From Octopus vulgaris (taxonomy: Eukaryota), in assembly GCA_951406725.2 (NCBI GenBank), contig OX597835.1, positions 12,524,001 through 12,588,000 on the forward strand: a stretch of DNA of 64,000 nt, in the 5' to 3' direction. A program made the translations under genes and the position numbers. The notes below the pieces were generated by a model. That model ran no database searches. It was not told where the DNA came from and saw nothing but the letters and a program-made list of their open reading frames with translations. Of the stretch, positions 55,890 through 64,000 are shown piece after piece; positions within the stretch are counted from its first letter, which is position 1, and every line of letters starts with the position of its first letter.

Positions 55890-57366
55890 CAAACGTTTTA
55901 TAAAGTTATATTCGGAGTACAATATTCTTCGTCTTACTTTATACAATGATGATAATGATGATGATGATGATGGTGATGAATTGTAGTGTGTCTCTTGCAA
56001 ACTCTCACGCGACTGCATTATGTCAAAGTTGGTAACCCAGAAGGAGAACGGTTGACAGAAAAGAGAAGCCAAAAAACATTAAAAAAAATGCAGAAGAAAA
56101 ACAGCTAAACATCATTGTAATTGAAACTAACTGGAATAATGATAAATGGTTGATTAGGTCTTGGATTAATTATCAATGGAATTTTGATAATATTTCTGAC
56201 TAACATATTCAAGACACGGTAACCATGGATAAAATGGCGTCGATAACTTTTATGTTGACATTAGAAATTAGTGCAAACTGACAAAAGGAAGAGGAACCAA
56301 TACCTGCCGGAAGTAAACTAATCAAAGATAATTAGGCGTTCAGGTTGTTATCCATTTTAACACTAATGAGCTTAATTGCTAGCGAACACTAATTGGAAGT
56401 GAACGGGTCGAGAATTTGCAAGAAATAACAATCAACTATCATATTTGTGCTGATTAATTAAAATTTTATATTGGAAATGACAAACAACTAGTTAGAGGAA
56501 CGGCGGCGTGGGCTACTATTTCCACCTGGTTAGGCCACCCCGATTGGTTAGAAATAGAAGCTAGTTCTTACTTCGAATGATTCCTTGCGGTCAAATTCCG
56601 TAAGTTCGAATTCCGCCGAGGTCGTCTTTACCTTTCATTCTTTCGGGGTCGATAAAATAAGTACCAGTTGAGCACCGGGGTCGATGTAATGGACTTACCT
56701 CCTCTCCATAAATTAACGGCCTTGTGCCAAAATCTGAAATAAATTACAGGTTGAATCTGCTCAATAGGCTTCTATAGAGTTTCCATCCATCCGATTTCGC
56801 TGACAAAGGTATGTGTCGGCTGGAGGACACTAAAAATGATATTTTCTCGAGATGCTTCGCAGTGAGATCGATCTCTTTTTAACCGTTCAGCCACACTGCA
56901 GCATAGAGAGTGAAGTAGATCGGCAACAAACTAAGTGATAGGGTTGGTTGAACCGGAAATTTAGGGGGCCAAAATTGCGGACGGAAAGGTTTTGGCTTTA
57001 AATACGCCTGAGAGCCATTGTTATTTCAAAGAAACTATTAAGAACATAATAAAATCGGACAAGAAAATAATAAAACTAATGAAACTAATATCAAACGATC
57101 GTAAACAGACAATTGATCACATTGTAACGAGTGCCAAGTTTTAAAGAAAAACTGTAAACAGAAACATGTGAGACAGAATTAGTAGTATTGTGTGTTGGGA
57201 ATGTTGCCATCACGACTAAGTAAACTCGGGTGAATAGAGAAACCATTTCTTAACAATGAATGCTTTAAGATTTATATCGAAACCTGTTAATAGCGCTCTT
57301 TTAATCTCCTTTACTTTTAAGCTCACGTAATACACACATGCATACATACGTACATACATACATACA

Positions 57367-57402
<36 letters not shown>

Positions 57403-57418
57403 TACATACATACATAAA

Positions 57419-57452
<34 letters not shown>

Positions 57453-57467
57453 CATACATACATACAT

Positions 57468-57506
<39 letters not shown>

Positions 57507-57590
57507 CATAGATACATACACATATACATACATACATACATACATACATACATACATACATACATACATACATACACACACATACACACA

Positions 57591-57643
<53 letters not shown>

Positions 57644-57809
57644 GTATATATATATATGTATATATATATATGTATATATATATATATCATGAGGTAGATG
57701 GATCGATTCAGAAATAATATGCCGGAATTTTACTTGCGTCAGTCATAGGACGGCGGCCATGTTGGCGGGCTACGTCGAAGAGGTTAAGCCGAACGAATCG
57801 ACTCCAGAT

Positions 57810-58305
<496 letters not shown>

Positions 58306-59232
58306 CAGATAGAAGATAACGATAACAGCTTGGAGTAAGGCGAAATAAAACAATATAGATTGAAACACCTTTCAAAGGGACACAACGGAATATTTGCATC
58401 CGACGCGAAATCACATTCTATGGTTAACAGCGGAATCCATTCGGTCATACAACATTATTATAGAAAACGGTATTTTTTAGTAACACCTTCTCAGAATAAA
58501 AGAAACAATTTTGTTGTGTCTTGGGAGGGTCATTACACCAATAATAACGACACACGCACTGGTTGACTGTTACTTTTTCATTGTTAGCCAATTGGTTAGA
58601 TATCTAACCAACTAATCGATTGTTTGTTTAATGCACTGGTTAAACAATCAATCTGTTTTTTTGTCAGTCAAAGTCCTTTCGTTGCACAGCCATCTCCTCT
58701 TCTACAATACATTGTCTCTAACTTTGACATCAGTCATTAGAAATAAGGCTAGAAACATATGAACCCGCTTTCGGTCTCCCTCAACCCAATTGACTCAAAT
58801 GAAATCAAAATTAAAGGAACCATGTCGAAGCGGTGGTCGTTATTGCAGCTGAGGTTTAGAAAAAAAAAGAAAAATCTTTTGAAAAAAGGCTTTGATACGA
58901 CATTCCTTCTGAAGATTATTCCGGAACGAATTACTGGGATCAGGAAATTAATGAGAAGGCAGGTATGGGTGTCATTGAATCTGCTAGAAATAGCAGTCGA
59001 ATCTCTTCCAATTCTATTGGCAACTCCTACACCCAATCTTCTCTCTCAGACGTTCTGACATTGCCTTTTCTCTGGCCCTGAGAAACTCAGGTCGTAAGAT
59101 AAACCTTGATAACTACAAGGACCAAAGAGAGGTTGTTTAAATTAATCCGGGTTAAGATTATCAACGTCTTAGCTTTAGTGTGATCAGAAAAAACGATAGA
59201 CGAGTGCTATTATTGCTATTGAAATTGCACTT

Positions 59233-59394
59233 AGCTATGGTAAGAAGTCTGCTTCCTAACCACATGTCTTCGGGTTCAATCCCACTGCGTGGCATATTGG
59301 CAGATGTCTTCTGCTATAGCACTAGGCCGACCAAAGCCTTATGAGTGGATCTGTGGATTTAAGTACACGAAAACTGAAAGAAGCCCGTCATATA

Positions 59395-59442
<48 letters not shown>

Positions 59443-59705
59443 TGTGTGTGTATATGTGTGTGTGTGAGTGCGTGTGTGAATGTGTATGTATGTGTGTGTG
59501 TGTGTGTTTGTGTTTGTCTTCCATGACCGCTTGACAACAGATGTTGGCTTGTTTGCATCCCCGTGACGTAGCGGTTCGGCAAAGGAGACAGGTAGATTTG
59601 GCATCAGGTTTCAAAAAAGAAAATAACAACTGGGGGTCGATTCGTTCGGCTACAATACTTCAAGGTGGTGCTCCAGCATGGCCGCAGTCCAGTGAACGAA
59701 ACAAG
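59233..59705 (+). mobile_element. SINE family A, full length, diverged
   Basis: Head, TG tract and tail. Confidence 0.85.
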
Positions 59706-60256
59706 GAAATGGTCTAAAGTAAAGGGAAAACGTATCACTTCAATCGATTTCTTGACTAATTCCAATATTTTGAACTCTGCCAATTTTTGAATAATGCAAT
59801 ACACAGCAAAGCAACGTAGTTTTGATTTTTGGCAATCTTCTTGGCTTCGTAATAAATCATTCTGTTAATAATCGGTAATTTAGTAAGGTTAGGTAATGGT
59901 CTCGACCTAAGAATTCTCTACCATAACATTAACGCAACGACGAGTGAAGTTCATAGGAATTTCTCCAAGGAACACGAGTCACACAACATAAATTTAACAC
60001 AAAAGACAAAGCGAAACGAATGACGACACCTGGTGGTGTGTCCAGTAACACGGCCTTGCTTGGCTTCACACACATCCACACGAATACACACGCACACGCA
60101 CACATGCATACGCACACACAGACACAAACACACTCACACACACATATAGATACATCCCACCCGCTAAAAGTTACAGCTTTTGACGAAAAAAGCTGTAACC
60201 AAACACTGCAGGATAATCTATTCAATATTTTACTGTTTCAGATATATAATTCTCGG

Positions 60257-60258
<2 letters not shown>

Positions 60259-60339
<81 letters not shown>

Positions 60340-60350
60340 CGATGATGATG

Positions 60351-60420
<70 letters not shown>

Positions 60421-60448
60421 TAATGATAATGATAATAATAATAATAAC

Positions 60449-60483
<35 letters not shown>

Positions 60484-60544
60484 TGATGATGATGATAATA
60501 ATAATAATAATAATATATTAATAATAATAATAATAATAATAATG

Positions 60545-60611
<67 letters not shown>

Positions 60612-60633
60612 TATTATTATTATTATTATTATT

Positions 60634-60692
<59 letters not shown>
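60259..60692. repeat. (TAA)n/(TGA)n tract; similar tracts at 48152..48275, 61303..61432 and 61852..61956
   Basis: Direct inspection. Confidence 0.98.
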
Positions 60693-60940
60693 TAAAGAAT
60701 TTGGAGTATGCGAACAGTAAAGGTCGCGCCTATAATAATTGGTCCGCTGGGAACAGTAAACCAAGATTTTGACAAATGGCTGAAGGAGATTGAAATAGAA
60801 AGCTCGGTTGAGCTCCAACAGAAAGTTTTCCTCTTAAGGACAGCAACGATTATCAGGAGATGGGTGTTTCGTTCTAAGTACTTGGAAGACTGCTGAAAAC
60901 GTGTGGACACCTACCGATATAAATATCCTACCAAGAATAA
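60693..60940 (+). mobile_element. 3' end of a second R4/Dong-type element, following (TAA)n
   Basis: RIWSMRTVKVAPIIIGPLGTV...WLKEIEIESSVELQQKVFLLRTATIIRR resembles the R4/Dong ORF C-terminus. Confidence 0.75.
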
Positions 60941-60944
60941 GATC

Positions 60945-61301
60945 AAACCTGAGCTTTGTTTAAATGTAGATTGCAGTACCAGAGAGTGGCTCTCATAGCT
61001 TCTGATCTTAAATGATTGGAAGTGTTATCATGTACAATTGTTTTGTCTTGGTATAAAAGATGGGCCACAGCAAATATTCTGCTCAATTCTACAGATTTGC
61101 TTGTCACTTGTTTGACTTTAACCAGTTGAGCATGTCCTTTAGTGGTTGCCGATATGTGCATCTCTGATCACAAGCAGAAGTAGTGGGGAAGCATGATATC
61201 CATGTGTCTGAAAGGAATTCTTTGGGGTTTATCCTTAAACAACCCTTATTCAGGGTTTTTATCCCAGTGTCACTTTGATGGCATGCACTGCTCTTGCACA
61301 C

Positions 61302-61302
<1 letters not shown>
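60945..61302 (+). repeat. Dispersed repeat family ending in (TAA)n; second copy at 48455..48750
   Basis: TGATTGGAAGTGTTATCA.GTACA.TTGTTTTGTCTTGGTATAAAA... is shared over ~250 bp between the two loci. Confidence 0.8.
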
Positions 61303-61355
<53 letters not shown>

Positions 61356-61356
61356 C

Positions 61357-61413
<57 letters not shown>

Positions 61414-61432
61414 GTAATAATAATAATAATAT

Positions 61433-61851
61433 ACTTGAAGATTAATAGACGTAAGTGTTCCCACTGGTAAAAATATGCCTGTAAAAGAATTTGACAAATT
61501 AAGTAAATATAAGGACCTGGAAATTGAAATACAAAAGATGTGACATCTTAAAGCAAGAACTTTTCCTGCTATTGTGGGTGTCCTAGGTATGATAAAAAGG
61601 GATGTAAAAAACATCTAGACAACATCCCAGGAGAGCCATGTATCAGAGAAATCCAAAAGATAGTACTAACAGGTACTACCCACAGCCGTAGAAAAACCCT
61701 ATCAATTTAAATGTCTGTCGTTTCGCTACTGCTCCTGCCACTTCCCCATCCTAAGCTTTCAGTTACACTGTATCACCTCTTATCCTTCACTCGCCCTAGG
61801 ACGCTGGGCGTGCCTCGGCGAGGGATTGTAACAAACATGCAGATTAAAAGT
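61433..61851 (+). mobile_element. 3' end of an R4/Dong-type non-LTR retrotransposon (restriction-like endonuclease) inside (TAA)n
   Basis: LIDVSVPTGKNMPVKEFDKLSKYKDLEIEIQKM*HLK...PAIVGVLGMI...IREIQKIVLTGTTH. 3' UTR stem-loop at 61790..61822. TAA tracts on both sides. Confidence 0.85.
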
Positions 61852-61882
61852 TAATAATAATAATAACAACAACAACAACAAC

Positions 61883-61956
<74 letters not shown>

Positions 61957-61957
<1 letters not shown>

Positions 61958-61985
61958 TAGCGGGCCCGTGGAAATTCCATAGTGT
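61957..61985 (-). mobile_element. 3' end of a different Helitron family (5' extent not determined)
   Basis: Minus strand CTATGGAATTTCCACGG hairpin followed by GCCCGCTAG|T. Confidence 0.5.
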
Positions 61986-62206
61986 TAGCACATTTGAAAA
62001 CGTTATCATATTAAACACAAACAAGGAGTTAAAAAAAAGATCTTTTGAAATCTTGCCATTTAATCAAAACTGTATTTTCAAATATGATCGAAATGAACTT
62101 AGAAGAGATTGCTTATTTTTCTTTCTTTTAATATGTTTGACAGCTACGAGATGTACTTTCTAGTTTAAGGAAATAAAAGATGAATTACACCGATAAAACT
62201 TATTTC

Positions 62207-62265
<59 letters not shown>

Positions 62266-62363
62266 TAATCCAAACAAGAAAACACAAAAAAAAACACAGC
62301 AACGCGAGGACGTGGAACAAATAAAGTATTATTGGACGCTCAGGAAAGAAGGGAAGAAGGAGG

Positions 62364-62398
62364 GTTTAACGTTTCGAGCGGAGCTCTTCGTCAGAAAC
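62364..62398 (-). ncRNA. Minimal type I hammerhead motif in a PLE-like terminal repeat (about 62261..62470)
   Basis: Minus strand gttt-CTGACGA-a-gagc tcc gctc-GAAA-cg-TT-aaac: canonical core plus one extra A, palindromic stem III ACGT and GUU triplet. Confidence 0.7.
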
Positions 62399-62642
62399 AA
62401 AGGAGAAGGAAAGATCCCGAGAAGGGAAGACAGAGGAAAAAAATTGCTGGCGGTGCTCACGAGGTCTCACACACACACACACACACACACACATACATAT
62501 ATATATATAATACGCTTTTCACTGACCAACTACTATCAAGTTAATTACGAACTGAGATTATTTTCATTTCTTTTCATTTCAGTCCAACTACATATCTATT
62601 TGGGTATCTATTAATATTTCTCTCTATCTGTACATCTGGTGA

Positions 62643-63175
<533 letters not shown>

Positions 63176-63562
63176 AACAAGCTAGCTATCATATCTACAT
63201 TCTCTGCTGTATCGCTCTACTCTCGTAATACCGATAACTATTTAAACCTAATAACAAAACTTAAAAAAACAACAACATTAAAATAAATAATGGCAGTGCC
63301 CCAGCTTGGTCACAGCCTTTGGTTTGAAACATGTAAGAGCTAAAAGTGCATCATCTACAGCTACTTGCTAAATATATTTTCACTTTGATTTAATTATCTA
63401 TCGATACATCTTTTAATGCATAAATGCATAAATTTATAAATCTTCATGGCATTGTTTCACAATGTTAAACTTTCCGACTTCAATTCGAACACAGAAAGCA
63501 GAATAATATAGACCTTCTCCCTTTCTCTCTCTTCTGTGTGTCTCTTTCTCGCTCTCTCTCTC

Positions 63563-63776
<214 letters not shown>

Positions 63777-63777
63777 T

Positions 63778-64000
63778 CTTTTAATCTTTTACTTGTTTCA
63801 GTCACTTGACTGCGGCCATGCTGGAGCACCGCCTTTAGTCGAGCTAATCGACCCCGGGACTTATTCTTTGTATGCTCAGTACTTATTCTATCGGTCTTTT
63901 GCCTAACCGCTAAGTTACGGGGACATAAACACACCAGCATCGGTTGTCAAGCAATGCTAGAGGGACAAACACAGACCCACAAACATACACACACACACAT
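63778..64000 (-). mobile_element. SINE family A, 3' half, cut by the window end. Other fragments: 1410..1580, 10081..10226, 13115..13280, 14449..14512, 32975..33137, 34821..34985, 43255..43445, 44752..44893, 51077..51163
   Basis: Direct sequence similarity to 951..1354. Confidence 0.9.

Overview
Eukaryotic, AT-rich, microsatellite-saturated DNA. The tRNA-derived SINE families and very high simple-repeat density suggest an octopod cephalopod; this is an inference, not a database match. Nearly all ORFs in the supplied track are artefacts of (TA)n, (CA)n, (TACA)n, (TCTA)n, (CAT)n and (TAA)n tracts. The only convincing coding signal is a 270-codon terminal exon on the minus strand (27801..26988) with a strong acceptor, plus a phase-compatible 65-nt candidate exon 12.7 kb upstream (40547..40483). 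The rest is mobile-element debris: at least four SINE families, non-autonomous Helitrons, Tc1/mariner and hAT-like MITEs, 3' ends of R4/Dong, RTE and CR1-like LINEs, and Penelope-like elements (PLEs, two with GIY-YIG remnants). The most notable hidden layer is a set of minimal type I hammerhead-ribozyme motifs in PLE terminal repeats. One family replaces the conserved C3-G8 core pair with a compensatory A3-U8 pair, and several motifs lie in or beside inverted-repeat structures, including a ~1.1 kb foldback.
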